NCBI GenBank assembly: GCA_027593235.1
Contig: JAQCIU010000002.1
Coordinates: forward strand, 64,001-128,000
Source of the DNA: Chloroflexota bacterium
Lineage (GTDB): Bacteria; Chloroflexota; Dehalococcoidia; UBA2979
Length of the DNA: 64,000 nt
Direction of reading: 5' to 3'
Under the pieces are notes generated by a model. It was given only the letters and a program-made list of their open reading frames with translations. It was not told where the DNA came from and did not search any database. Positions 1 to 11,471 of the stretch are shown in pieces. Position numbers and translations under genes: made by a program. Every line of letters begins with the position of its first letter. Within the stretch, counting starts at the first letter, position 1.

Positions 1-225
1 CAGCTCCATCTTTCCCAGGTGCTCTGACCCCTGGAACATCAGGTGCTCGAACAGGTGCGCGAAGCCGGTCCGGCCGCGCGGCTCCAACCGCATCCCCACG
101 TGGTAGTACACCGCCACCAGCACCACCGGCGCGCTCGTGTCCCGTGACAGCACCACCCGCAGCCCGTTCGCCAGCGTGTGTTGCTCCACCGGGATGTCCA
201 GCTGGAACGCGGTCGCTGCGGTCAT
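1..225 (-). CDS. M16 (insulinase/pitrilysin) family zinc peptidase, N-terminal part; runs off the window edge
   Basis: Manual translation MTAATAFQLDIPVEQHTLANGLRVVL...GRTGFAHLFEHLMFQGS, with inverted HxxEH zinc motif; not in the ORF track; an alternative GTG start lies at 231. Confidence 0.9.
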   Translation of the reverse strand, partial: MTAATAFQLDIPVEQHTLANGLRVVLSRDTSAPVVLVAVYYHVGMRLEPRGRTGFAHLFEHLMFQGSEHLGKMEL

Positions 226-290
226 CGGCACATCCTCATCTTCGGGCAATTCGCGTACTCGTTCGGCCGGTGCTGGCGGACACCCCGCCG

Positions 291-2114
291 TTACTCAATC
301 GAGATCAGTTGCTCGCGTGCTTCCGCCACCGGCTCCGCGGGACCGAACAACAGCATTCGGTCGCCACGCTCCAACGCGGAGTTGGCGTGCGGGACCAGCT
401 CTTCGCCATTCCGCTGAATCAGCACTACCAGTACTCGCTGTGGAAGCGCCAGATCGCGGACCCGCCGGCCGTGCAGACCGCTGCCTACCGGGACGCTCAC
501 CGTCGTTCGTTCACCACTGCCCGGTGCCAGTGCCTGGGTCAACAACGGCGCGCCAATCAGGTCCAGCAGCGCCTGTGCCTGGGCTTCGTAGGAACTCACC
601 GTCTGGATACCCGCGGCGCGGAACGTCTCCGCCGCGCCTGTCTGGCTGACCCGGGCGTAAATCTCCGCCTCCGGGTTCGCCGTCCGCAGGTACTGACAGA
701 AGAGCAGGTTCACCTGGTCACTGTCGGTCGCGCCAACCGCGATCTTCATCTCGCTCGCGCCAAGCCGCTCCAGCGTCCGCACGTCGGTCGCGTCGCCCTC
801 GGCGACCTCCAGGCCGTCGGCGCGCGCGCGGGCGATCGCCTCCTGGTCCTGATCGATCAGCGTGACCTGATAGCCGTCGTTTGCCAGCTTGCTGCCAACG
901 CGGCGTGAGACCGCGCCGGCGCCGGCGATGATCGCACGCATCGCTTTGACCCCCAGGAGATCCGCCATTGGACCCGCGTATGTCGACTGTACTGCCACCG
1001 TCATGAACACGGTCAGGAACACCAGCGCCGCCAGCACGTCCCCCGATTGCTCCGGACCCAGCGCGTCCCCCGCAAAGGCCGCCAGCGCCGCCGCCACCAC
1101 CCCCCGAGGTCCAATCAGCCCGATATAAGTCCGCTCGCGCCAGTTCAGATCCGATCGGAACGCCGATACCCACACCGCGACCGGCCGCACCACCACCATC
1201 AGCCCGATGATCACCAGGAAGCCCTTTGGCCACAGCCCCCGCACCACCTCCAGATCCACGGTCGCCACTGCCAGGATGTAGATCGCTCCGACCAGCAGCT
1301 TCGACAGATCGTCCTCGAAGGCACGTACCTCCTCGGCGTGTGGGATCGGGCGTGCTGCCAGCGCAACGCCCATCACTGCCATCGCCGCTAGCCCGGAATC
1401 GTGCAGCAACTCCTCGGAGAGCGCGTACACCGCCACACTTATCCCCAGCAGCAGCAGCGTCGCCTCCGCCGGTGCCGGTGCGCGGTTCACGCGCAGCACC
1501 ACTCGCACCACCAGCGCGCCAACCAGCCCCAGGATCGCGCCGCCCAGCAGCCGCGTCGGCACGAACAGGAACGGTTCGGCCTCGAAACCTGACAGCACGA
1601 TGTCCAGTGTCACGATCGAGAACACCGCGCCCAGCGGATCGATCAGCACACCCTCGCCCAGCAGCACTGCGCGCACGTGATCGTTCAACCGCACCTGCCG
1701 CACCAGCGGCGAGATCACCGTCGGTCCCGTCACCGTCACCAGCGCGCCAAACAGGAACGCGACTCGCCACGGCAACACGTCCAGCAAGCCGGCCAGCAGC
1801 GCCGCCAGCCCGAACGTGATCAGCAAACCGACGGTCAGCAGGTTTCGCACCACCGATCCCACGCGCCGCAGATACGGCACGTCGATCGAGAACGCACCCT
1901 CGAACACGATGATCGCGACCAGCACCTCCAGCGTCACCGGGAAAATCTCGCCAAGCTCCTCCGGATCCACCAGGTGCAGGACCGATGGGCCGGCGATCGC
2001 CCCGATCACCAGGAAGAGCAGGATCGGAGGGAGCCGTACCCGCCGCGCGACCATCGTGGTCACCGACACGGCGAATCCGATCACGCCCAGCGCCGAGAGC
2101 GCCGCTGTTTCCAT
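291..2114 (-). CDS. CPA1 cation:proton antiporter (NhaP-like) fused to TrkA-N and TrkA-C (RCK) domains
   Basis: Many TM helices, VTGPTVI and GEGVLIDP motifs, then GAGAVS Rossmann domain and TrkA-C (LERGDRMLLFG); GGAGGA RBS before ATG 2114. Confidence 0.88.
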   Translation of the reverse strand: METAALSALGVIGFAVSVTTMVARRVRLPPILLFLVIGAIAGPSVLHLVDPEELGEIFPVTLEVLVAIIVFEGAFSIDVPYLRRVGSVVRNLLTVGLLITFGLAALLAGLLDVLPWRVAFLFGALVTVTGPTVISPLVRQVRLNDHVRAVLLGEGVLIDPLGAVFSIVTLDIVLSGFEAEPFLFVPTRLLGGAILGLVGALVVRVVLRVNRAPAPAEATLLLLGISVAVYALSEELLHDSGLAAMAVMGVALAARPIPHAEEVRAFEDDLSKLLVGAIYILAVATVDLEVVRGLWPKGFLVIIGLMVVVRPVAVWVSAFRSDLNWRERTYIGLIGPRGVVAAALAAFAGDALGPEQSGDVLAALVFLTVFMTVAVQSTYAGPMADLLGVKAMRAIIAGAGAVSRRVGSKLANDGYQVTLIDQDQEAIARARADGLEVAEGDATDVRTLERLGASEMKIAVGATDSDQVNLLFCQYLRTANPEAEIYARVSQTGAAETFRAAGIQTVSSYEAQAQALLDLIGAPLLTQALAPGSGERTTVSVPVGSGLHGRRVRDLALPQRVLVVLIQRNGEELVPHANSALERGDRMLLFGPAEPVAEAREQLISIE

Positions 2115-2278
2115 CGTCCTCCTCGTGGAGAAGACGGCGTCGGGCCGTCGTCGCTCCGCCTCCATGCGCCGTCGCGAGGTTGGATTCCAGCCTACTGGAG
2201 GGGATCGGCGGAGTCCTGCGACATCGCACCGGAGGGCCTCGCGGGTCGGTTCGTCGGGACCCGGTCTCCGCTGCGGGG

Positions 2279-3553
2279 CTAGCCGCCGCTGGTGTACGCG
2301 CCAAACGTCACCGCGAACAGCGAGAAGTTGCTGGATGTCGATCGCAGTCGCAGCTCCCGATCGCCTAGCATCGGCAGTTCCACCACCCGGTAGACCCGTG
2401 GGTCGTCCACCAGCACAACACTCCGACCCTGTTCGTCGAACGTCACGTCCGCCCCGGCCTCCTCCGGCAGCAGCGGCCACCCGTCGATCTCCACGATCAC
2501 CGTGTACGGCTCCTTGGTTGCGGAGCGCAGCACCACGTTCACGCTCCGCGCGACGAATCGCAGCGCGACATAATCGTCGGGCTGCGCGGTGTCGCGCCCG
2601 TGCACCACCGCTTCACGCTCGTTGCGCCAGACCCCCTGCAGGTAGAACTGGTTGTGGTTCCGCTGCGTTTCCGGTTCCACGTCCTGGTATTCGAACGTCC
2701 GGTCCGGAGCCTCGTAATAGGCCGCCTGCGCGGCGTAGCGCCCATTCGAGGTGAAGTTGCGTTCGTACCCGCCGTACAGCTCGCGGGTGATGGCCGTCGC
2801 GTGCGGATCTAGACGCTGGGCATCCACCCCGCCGCGCGGGATGTCGGAGACGTTGTAACCCGCGTCGGTCAGTGCCCGCCGGATCTCGTCCTCGGTTTCG
2901 TCGTAGCTCCCCTCACCGAAGTGCTGGTAGCGCACCGATCCATCGACGCCGATCAGGTACTTCGCCGGCCAGAACGAATTATTGAACGCTCGCCACGTCG
3001 CCATCTCGTTGTCCTGGGCTACCGCGTACCGCAGGCCGTATTGGTCAACCGCGTTCACCACGTTGGGGCGGTACTCCTCGAAGTCGAACTCCGGCGAGTG
3101 CACCCCCACGATCGTGAGGCCACGGTCCGCGTACTTCTCGTGCCAGTCCGTGAGGAATGGCAGTGTCCGGATGCAGTTGATGCAGGTGTACGTCCAGAAA
3201 TCGACGAGCACGACCCGCCGTTCCGCGGTCAGCCCGGCGACGGTCAGCTCGTTCGAATTGATCCAGCCGGTGAGCCCGACGAATTCCGGCGCCTTCGAGG
3301 GAATCACCAACCCCGCGCCCAGCGGCGACGGTTCCGGGGTTCGCTCGATTGGACCCGCCGAGGCGATCCCGCTGTTCGCCGCGACGCTCGTTCCGCTTCC
3401 CGCGCCCGCCGCGCTGCCCGCGGCGCGATCCGCGCTGCCACACGCGCTCACCAGCACGCCCAGCAGCACGCCCAGCAGCACGAGCAGCGGCGTCACCCGG
3501 CTGATATGCAAGAAGTTCCCCGGTCCGTGGTGGAGCACCATCGAGCCTATCAT
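2279..3553 (-). CDS. Thioredoxin-like redoxin (DipZ C-terminal-like), probable lipoprotein
   Basis: VLVDFWTYTCINCIRTLP, GVHSPEF and WPAKYLI motifs; hydrophobic stretch ending VSAC (lipobox); start uncertain (3496-3625). Confidence 0.82.
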   Translation of the reverse strand: MIGSMVLHHGPGNFLHISRVTPLLVLLGVLLGVLVSACGSADRAAGSAAGAGSGTSVAANSGIASAGPIERTPEPSPLGAGLVIPSKAPEFVGLTGWINSNELTVAGLTAERRVVLVDFWTYTCINCIRTLPFLTDWHEKYADRGLTIVGVHSPEFDFEEYRPNVVNAVDQYGLRYAVAQDNEMATWRAFNNSFWPAKYLIGVDGSVRYQHFGEGSYDETEDEIRRALTDAGYNVSDIPRGGVDAQRLDPHATAITRELYGGYERNFTSNGRYAAQAAYYEAPDRTFEYQDVEPETQRNHNQFYLQGVWRNEREAVVHGRDTAQPDDYVALRFVARSVNVVLRSATKEPYTVIVEIDGWPLLPEEAGADVTFDEQGRSVVLVDDPRVYRVVELPMLGDRELRLRSTSSNFSLFAVTFGAYTSGG

Positions 3554-3678
3554 CGGTCGATCGCCGCCGCTCGTGCGACCCTGCTCCATTCGCGCCGCGC
3601 CGCCCCCGACCCACCCCGATAACATTCGTTGCCGCCCGCGCTGGCCGTCGCTACCGTGACGCCCCAGATCGGAACCCC

Positions 3679-4995
3679 ATGACCGCCAGCGCGCCCGCTC
3701 CGCCAGACCTTCCCCCCGATCCCACCTCTGATCGCCCCGGTCGTCGTCGGGCGGGCGGTTCCCGCCGGCTCCCGCTTCCGTCCTTCACCGCCATGCGGTT
3801 CCGCGATTTCCGTTTCTACTGGGTCAGCACCGCCACGCTCTTCATCGACCAGGGCATGGCCAACGTCGCGCTCGGTTGGCTCATGCTCGATCTCACCGAC
3901 TCCCCGGCCTGGGTCGCCATCGCCGTCGCCGTCCGCGGGCTCCCGCTGTTCTTCCTCACCATGCCCGCCGGTCTGCTCGCCGATCGCTGGGATCGACGGC
4001 GACTGCTCGTCATCACCCAGCTCGTCGCCGCCGCATCCGCGATCGCCTTCGCGCTGCTCGTCGCCTTCGGCACCGTCACCCCGACGCTGGCGCTCGTCTA
4101 TGCCGTCATCCTCGGCAGCAGTACCGCGATCGGTCTGCCGACCCGACAGGCGATCATTCCCATGCTCGTGCCCCGTGAGCACCTGCTCAACGCCGTCGTC
4201 ACCGGCGCGATGGCGCGCACCAGTTCGCAGCTCATCGGCCCCGGCCTCGCCGGCGCGCTGATCGGACTCTGGGGCGTCGAGGCCTCGTTCGTCGTCCAGG
4301 CGGTCTTCCTCGTGATCAGCACGCTCACCCTGCTGCCACTCAGCCCGCACTCGACCAGCGTCGTCGCTCAGCCCGGTCGCGCCGCCTTCTCGATCCTCGG
4401 CGATCTGAGCGAGGCCTGGCGGTTCCTCCGCTCCAACATGCCGTTGCTCGTCATCATCGGCCTGATGGTCAACACCGGGCTCTTCATGATCGGACCCAAT
4501 CAGGCCCTCGTCCCGGTGATCGTCAAAGAGGAGCTCGGCGGCAGCGCCCAGGCCCTCGGCCTGATGTTCATGGCGATGGCGGCCGGCACGCTCACCACCT
4601 CGCTCTTTCTCACCTCACTCGGCGACATGCGGAACAAGGGCGGGTTCTTCGCCATGGCGCTGATCGGCGGCAGCATCTGCTTCGCCGGCATCGCCCTCTC
4701 GCCCGCGCTCTGGATCGCAATGCTGTTCTTCTATTCGTGGGGCGCGTTCGGCGGCTTCTTCGTGTCGATGAGCCAGTCGTTGCTGCAATCACACACCCCT
4801 CAGGACGTGATGGGGCGGGTCATGTCCGTCAACGCGCTGGCCTCGCAGGGCACCATGCCGCTCGGCGCGCTGATTGCCGGCCTGCTCGCCAGCCTCTTCG
4901 ACGTCCGCACCGCCGTGCTCGTCCCCGCCTTCCTCTGCGCCGCGATCGCGACATCCGCACTTCTCTTCATTCCCCGTTTCCGCAGGCTCAGTTAG
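3679..4995 (+). CDS. MFS transporter (DHA3/EntS-like)
   Basis: 12-TM pattern, GLLADRWDRRRLL motif A, GRVMSV. Confidence 0.9.
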   Translation: MTASAPAPPDLPPDPTSDRPGRRRAGGSRRLPLPSFTAMRFRDFRFYWVSTATLFIDQGMANVALGWLMLDLTDSPAWVAIAVAVRGLPLFFLTMPAGLLADRWDRRRLLVITQLVAAASAIAFALLVAFGTVTPTLALVYAVILGSSTAIGLPTRQAIIPMLVPREHLLNAVVTGAMARTSSQLIGPGLAGALIGLWGVEASFVVQAVFLVISTLTLLPLSPHSTSVVAQPGRAAFSILGDLSEAWRFLRSNMPLLVIIGLMVNTGLFMIGPNQALVPVIVKEELGGSAQALGLMFMAMAAGTLTTSLFLTSLGDMRNKGGFFAMALIGGSICFAGIALSPALWIAMLFFYSWGAFGGFFVSMSQSLLQSHTPQDVMGRVMSVNALASQGTMPLGALIAGLLASLFDVRTAVLVPAFLCAAIATSALLFIPRFRRLS

Positions 4996-5007
4996 CCTCG
5001 TCTCTCG

Positions 5008-6600
<1,593 letters not shown>

Positions 6601-6746
6601 CGCCCCCCTCCGCCACCCCGCGCTCCGCTCCGGCGCGCCTCCGCTCCCCGTCATACCCACGCCGGATCGCCGCCCGTGCGCGGAATCGGATCGACAGCCC
6701 GCGCGCCTTGGTTCGGCACCGCCCGGCGGCCCGCACGGTCGTCCCC

Positions 6747-6752
6747 TATAAT
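6747..6752 (+). promoter_or_regulatory. -10 box TATAAT 6 nt before the ATG: probable leaderless promoter
   Basis: TATAAT-ccccgc-ATG with no Shine-Dalgarno. Confidence 0.65.
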
Positions 6753-6758
6753 CCCCGC

Positions 6759-7934
6759 ATGGACTTCCGCTTCACCCCCCAGCAAGAAGCCTTCCGCGTG
6801 GAAGTGCGCGCCTTCCTCGACGAAACCCTCACCGAGGCGTTCTGGTCCCACCAGCGCGCCAATCGCCACCCCGGCTGGTCACCCGAGTTCAGCCGCGCCG
6901 CCGCCGATCGAGGTTGGCTCGGCATCGCCTGGCCCGTTGAGTTCGGTGGCCAGGCCCGCGGCAAGATCGACCAGATGATCTACATGGAGGAAATGGCCTA
7001 CGCCGGTGCCCCCCAGGAACACCACCGCCGCGCCGTCCAGCAGGTCGGCCCCTCGCTGATCCTCCACGGCTCCGAGGCGCAGAAGCAGCGCTACCTCCCC
7101 GGCGTCGCCTCCGGCGAAATCTCCTTCGCGATGGGTCTCTCCGAACCAAACGCCGGATCCGATCTCGCCAACGTCGAAACCCAGGCCCTCCGCGACGGCG
7201 ACGAATGGATCCTCAACGGCGAAAAGGTCTTCACCAGCGGCGCCCACTACTCCGACTACCTCTGGACCGTCGTCCGCACCGACCCCGAAGCCCCCAAACA
7301 TCGAGGCATCTCGATGCTCGTCGTCCCCCTGACCGCCCCCGGCGTGCAGATCCAGCCGCTCATCGACCTCCAGGACCGCCACCACTTCAACCGCATCTTC
7401 CTCGAGGACGTCCACGTCCCCGCCGAAAACCTGATCGGCGAAGAGAACCGCGGCTGGTACATCAACGCCACCACCATGGACTTCGAGCGCTCCGGCATCG
7501 CGAGGATCGCCACCCTCGATCAGCTCTTCGATCGCCTCGCCAGCTCGCTCCGCGCCACCCCCGCCGCCGCCCGCCAGCTCCCGAGGTACCAGGCCGCCCG
7601 CCGTCGTCTCGCCGATCTCCTCCTCCCCGTGCGCGCTTCCCGCTACCTCGCCTACCGTGTCGTCTCCATGCAGAACGCCGGCCTGCTCCCCAACTACGAG
7701 GTCTCCATCGTCAAACTCCTCGCCAGCGAAACCAGCCAGGCGCTCCACAACCTCGGCGTCAACGCGCACGGCCTCCACGGCCTCCTCGCCTCCACCGAGG
7801 TCGAGTCCGCCCGCCGTGGCGGCGGCTGGGGCCCCGACTACCTCGCCGCCATTCCCGACACCATCGCCCAGGGCTCCTCCGAGGTGCAGCGCAACGTCAT
7901 CGCCACCCGCGGCCTCGGCCTCCCCCGTGGCTAA
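6759..7934 (+). CDS. Acyl-CoA dehydrogenase family protein
   Basis: MDFRFTPQQ start, GLSEPNAGSDLA, LNGEKVFTS, GSSEVQRNVIA. Confidence 0.93.
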   Translation: MDFRFTPQQEAFRVEVRAFLDETLTEAFWSHQRANRHPGWSPEFSRAAADRGWLGIAWPVEFGGQARGKIDQMIYMEEMAYAGAPQEHHRRAVQQVGPSLILHGSEAQKQRYLPGVASGEISFAMGLSEPNAGSDLANVETQALRDGDEWILNGEKVFTSGAHYSDYLWTVVRTDPEAPKHRGISMLVVPLTAPGVQIQPLIDLQDRHHFNRIFLEDVHVPAENLIGEENRGWYINATTMDFERSGIARIATLDQLFDRLASSLRATPAAARQLPRYQAARRRLADLLLPVRASRYLAYRVVSMQNAGLLPNYEVSIVKLLASETSQALHNLGVNAHGLHGLLASTEVESARRGGGWGPDYLAAIPDTIAQGSSEVQRNVIATRGLGLPRG

Positions 7935-7957
7935 CCCACCGCGCCGCTCGGTGCCCC

Positions 7958-9181
7958 ATGCCTGATCCCGCGCTCGCCCCCACCGAGGGCTACACCCCCG
8001 CGCGCATCCTCCAGCGCATCCAGACCTACGAGGACTTAGGCATCCACCACACCGGATGGCCCGCCGACGACGCCACCAGCGCCTGGCTCATCGAGGAACT
8101 CGCCGCCGCCGGCGTCACCGCCGCCGCCGATCGCTTCGCCTTCCCCCGCGTCGAAGTCCGCCGCGCCGAGGTCCGCGTCGGCCGCGACCGCATCGAGGGC
8201 GTTCCGCTCCACGACGGCGGCTTCACCGATCACGGCGGCATCGACGGCGAACTCTGCGAGGACGACGACGACGACGTCTTCGGCAAAATCGTCCTCGCCA
8301 CCTCCGCCCTCCGCGGCCTACCCGATTGGACCGACCCCGCGCTCGGCGCCCGCTTCGAGGAACTCCTCGACCGCGGCTGCCTCGGCCTGATCCTCCCGAG
8401 GGGTGATCGCGACCGCCAGATCGTCCTCCGCAACGCCCACGCCATCGATCGCCCGCACCACCTCCCCGTGCTCCAGATCGCCCCGCGCGATGTCCCCGCG
8501 CTCCAGGCCCAGATCATGATCCGCGGCGAAGTCGTCCTCGAAGCCGACGGGGAGCGCCTCCGCTCCAACGCCACCAACGTGCTCGCCACCATCGAGGGCA
8601 GCGATCCCTCGCTGTCGCCCCTCGGCATCGTCACCCCGAAGTCCGGCTGGTACACCTGCTCCGCCGAGCGCGGCGGCGGCATCGCGATCTTCCTCGCGCT
8701 CGCCGAAAGCCTCGGCCACGCCCAGCGCCAGGGCCAACTCCCGAGGACCGTCCACCTGCTCGCCAGCTCCGGCCACGAGCTCGACTTCTACGGCGCCCGT
8801 GCCTACGCCCGCACCCACCGCGCCAACATCGCGGACGCCGCCGCCTGGCTACACCTCGGCGCCTCCATCGGCGCGCGCGAACCCCGTGCCGCCGCCGCCT
8901 CCAGCGATGACGCGCTCAACGCCGTCCTCACCGCCGCGCTTGCCACCGAGGAGATAGCGCTCGCCGAGCACCGCGCGCCCGGCCCCGCCCTCGGCGGCGA
9001 AGCCCTCGTGATCAGCGATCTCGGGACCCGCTACGTCAGCTTTCTCGGCGGCCACGCCTACTTCCACTCCCCGAGCGATACAGTCGCTAACGCCGTCGAC
9101 GCCGATGCAGTCGCTCGCTGGGCGCGCAGTTCGCTCCAGGTGTTCAACGCCATGCTCGAATTACGAAGCTCGGATGACTAA
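7958..9181 (+). CDS. M28/Zn-exopeptidase-fold protein with PA-like insert and atypical metal site
   Basis: NVLATIEG, ERGGG, SGHEL and YFHSPSD follow the M28 layout, but the canonical HxD is absent. Confidence 0.55.
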   Translation: MPDPALAPTEGYTPARILQRIQTYEDLGIHHTGWPADDATSAWLIEELAAAGVTAAADRFAFPRVEVRRAEVRVGRDRIEGVPLHDGGFTDHGGIDGELCEDDDDDVFGKIVLATSALRGLPDWTDPALGARFEELLDRGCLGLILPRGDRDRQIVLRNAHAIDRPHHLPVLQIAPRDVPALQAQIMIRGEVVLEADGERLRSNATNVLATIEGSDPSLSPLGIVTPKSGWYTCSAERGGGIAIFLALAESLGHAQRQGQLPRTVHLLASSGHELDFYGARAYARTHRANIADAAAWLHLGASIGAREPRAAAASSDDALNAVLTAALATEEIALAEHRAPGPALGGEALVISDLGTRYVSFLGGHAYFHSPSDTVANAVDADAVARWARSSLQVFNAMLELRSSDD

Positions 9182-10093
9182 ATGGCCGTCATCCTGGACT
9201 GGCTCGGTTGCGCCACCTTCCGCATGACCGTCGATGACTACGTCATCTTCCTCGACGGCTACATCGATCGCGTCCCCAGCGCGCCCCCCGTCGGCATCAC
9301 CGCCGCCGAGGTCGATCGCGCGGACGCCGTCCTCGTCGGCCACGCCCACTTCGATCACATCGCCGGCGCCGAGGTCATCGCCGCCAACACCGGCGCCAAG
9401 GTCGTCGGCTCCACCGAGAGCACCCGCCTGATCGCCGGCGCCGGCGTCTCCGCGGCCCAACTCCTCCCGTCGCAGGGCGGCGAACGCCACCGCCTCAGCG
9501 ACAACATCGTCGTCACCGTCTACCCCAGCCTCCACTCCTGCGTCTGGGTCGGCGGCGTCGCCTCCGGTGGCACGGACACCGTCATCACCGGGCACGCCGG
9601 TCTCACCGAGGAAGAGCGTGCCGCCGTCCGCTCGGAGCGCCCGCTCGGTGGCCCGTCGCCCGATCCCGCGCTCATGGAGCAGCTCCGCGAGCACCGCGCC
9701 AACACGCTCCACAGCGATCACACCGGCGGGGCGCTCGCCTACATGATCGAAACCCCATACGGCTCCGTCTTCTATCACGACACCTCCGGCTGCTGGACCG
9801 GCGTCGTCAAGGACCTCCGTCCGGACTTCTCCATCGTCGCCATGGCCGGACGCGCCAACATCGATGGCGAACCGATCCAGGGGTCGCTCGCCCAGTTCGT
9901 CGGGCGCATGGGCGACATGCTCCGTCCCGCCGGCATGGTCCTCGGTCACCACGACGACTGGATGCCGCCCGTCACCGCCGACGGCACGACGGAGGAGGCC
10001 CTCGCACCCGTCCGCGCCGAACTCGCGCGCGTCGCACCCCGCGTCAACCTCCTCGAGGTTGGCTATCTCGAGGGAACGACGATCCTCGGCTGA
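9182..10093 (+). CDS. Metallo-beta-lactamase fold hydrolase
   Basis: GHAHFDH (HxHxDH), later H, D and GHHDD ligands. Confidence 0.88.
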   Translation: MAVILDWLGCATFRMTVDDYVIFLDGYIDRVPSAPPVGITAAEVDRADAVLVGHAHFDHIAGAEVIAANTGAKVVGSTESTRLIAGAGVSAAQLLPSQGGERHRLSDNIVVTVYPSLHSCVWVGGVASGGTDTVITGHAGLTEEERAAVRSERPLGGPSPDPALMEQLREHRANTLHSDHTGGALAYMIETPYGSVFYHDTSGCWTGVVKDLRPDFSIVAMAGRANIDGEPIQGSLAQFVGRMGDMLRPAGMVLGHHDDWMPPVTADGTTEEALAPVRAELARVAPRVNLLEVGYLEGTTILG

Positions 10094-10120
10094 TGGGCAC
10101 CACCCGATGAGCATCCCCGT

Positions 10121-11425
10121 ATGAACGTCGTCTGGCTGCAGCTCGTCGTCATCGTGGTGCTCGTCGCCATCAATGCCCTCTTCGCCGGGGCGGAACTCGC
10201 GCTGATCTCGCTCACCCAGCGCGACATCGAACGCATGCAGCAACGCGGCGGAGCGGCCGCGCTTGCCGCCCGGCTCGCCCAGGACCCCACGCGGTTCCTC
10301 TCCACCATCCAGGTCGGGATCACCTTCGCCGGGTTCCTCGCCTCTGCCGTCGCCGCGGTCAGCCTCGCGGAACCGCTCATCCCGCCGCTGCGCGATCTGC
10401 TTGGTAGCGCCGCCCGGCCTGTTGCCGTCGTCGTCGTCACCGTCGCCCTCGCCTTCTTGACGCTCGTCTTCGGTGAACTCGCGCCAAAACGCATCGCCAT
10501 GCAGCGCGCCGTCGGCTGGTCCACCGTCGCCGCCCGCCCGCTCAACGGCCTCGCCCTCTTCGCTCGGCCCGCCGTCTGGCTACTCTCCGCGTCCACCAAC
10601 GTGCTCGTCCGCCTCGCCGGCGCCGACCCGCAAGTCGGCCGCGCCGTCATGACCGCCGACGAGATCCGCGATGTCATCGCCTCCAGCGCCGCCCTTGGTC
10701 CGGAACAGCGCCGCATGATCGGCGGCGCCTTCGAAAGCAGCGAACTCACCGTTCGCGATGTGATCGTGCCGCGCCGCGCGATCATCGCCCTCCGTGCCGA
10801 TTCCACCGTCGCCGAGGGCATCGCCCGCCTTCGCGCCACCACCCACGTCCGCGCGCCAGTCATCCGCGAGGATCTCGATCACGTCGTGGGCATCGTCCAC
10901 ATCCTTGATCTCATCGATCAGTCGGGAACCATCGGCGACCACAGCCGCGAAACCATCGCCATCCCTGAATTCGTCCGCGTCATCGACGCGCTCAAGCAGA
11001 TGCAGGCGCAGCGCGTCCAGATGGCGATGGTCGTCGATGAGCACGGCGGTATCGATGGCATGGTCACCGTCGAGGACCTCGTCGAGGAGATCGTCGGCGA
11101 GATCTTCGACGAGTTCGATCCCAAGGTCGTCGCTGTCCGCCATGAACCAGACGGCAGCGTCGAGGTCCGCGGCGAGTTCCCGCTCCACGATCTCGACGAA
11201 CTCGGCGTCATGCTCTCCGTCGCTGGGCCCTACACCACGATCGGCGGCCTCGTCATGGCGCGGCTCGGCCGCGTCCCAGAGGTCGGCGGCTCCGTCGTCG
11301 AGGGCGGCTGGACGCTCGAGGTCACCTCGATGCGTGGACTCGCCGTCCGCACCGTGCGACTCCGCCCGACATCCTCGGATGCGACTGAGTCACCCGGGGC
11401 CACACCAGTCGACGAACGGTCCTGA
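10121..11425 (+). CDS. Hemolysin/CNNM family protein (DUF21-CBS-CorC)
   Basis: FAGAELAL, GELAPK, VVDEHGG..GMVTVEDLVEEIVGEIFDEFD, TTIGG. Confidence 0.92.
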   Translation: MNVVWLQLVVIVVLVAINALFAGAELALISLTQRDIERMQQRGGAAALAARLAQDPTRFLSTIQVGITFAGFLASAVAAVSLAEPLIPPLRDLLGSAARPVAVVVVTVALAFLTLVFGELAPKRIAMQRAVGWSTVAARPLNGLALFARPAVWLLSASTNVLVRLAGADPQVGRAVMTADEIRDVIASSAALGPEQRRMIGGAFESSELTVRDVIVPRRAIIALRADSTVAEGIARLRATTHVRAPVIREDLDHVVGIVHILDLIDQSGTIGDHSRETIAIPEFVRVIDALKQMQAQRVQMAMVVDEHGGIDGMVTVEDLVEEIVGEIFDEFDPKVVAVRHEPDGSVEVRGEFPLHDLDELGVMLSVAGPYTTIGGLVMARLGRVPEVGGSVVEGGWTLEVTSMRGLAVRTVRLRPTSSDATESPGATPVDERS

Positions 11426-11471
11426 GTCCCCGGGTACAGCGGTTCGCGAGCCTTCGGCGGTGCGCCTGGCG

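Noticed and set aside
7205-7957. Long N-terminal extensions in the ORF track (e.g. 7205, 33843, 46140, 55511)
   Set aside because: Low-complexity Arg/Pro-rich translations overlapping neighbouring genes; better starts lie downstream
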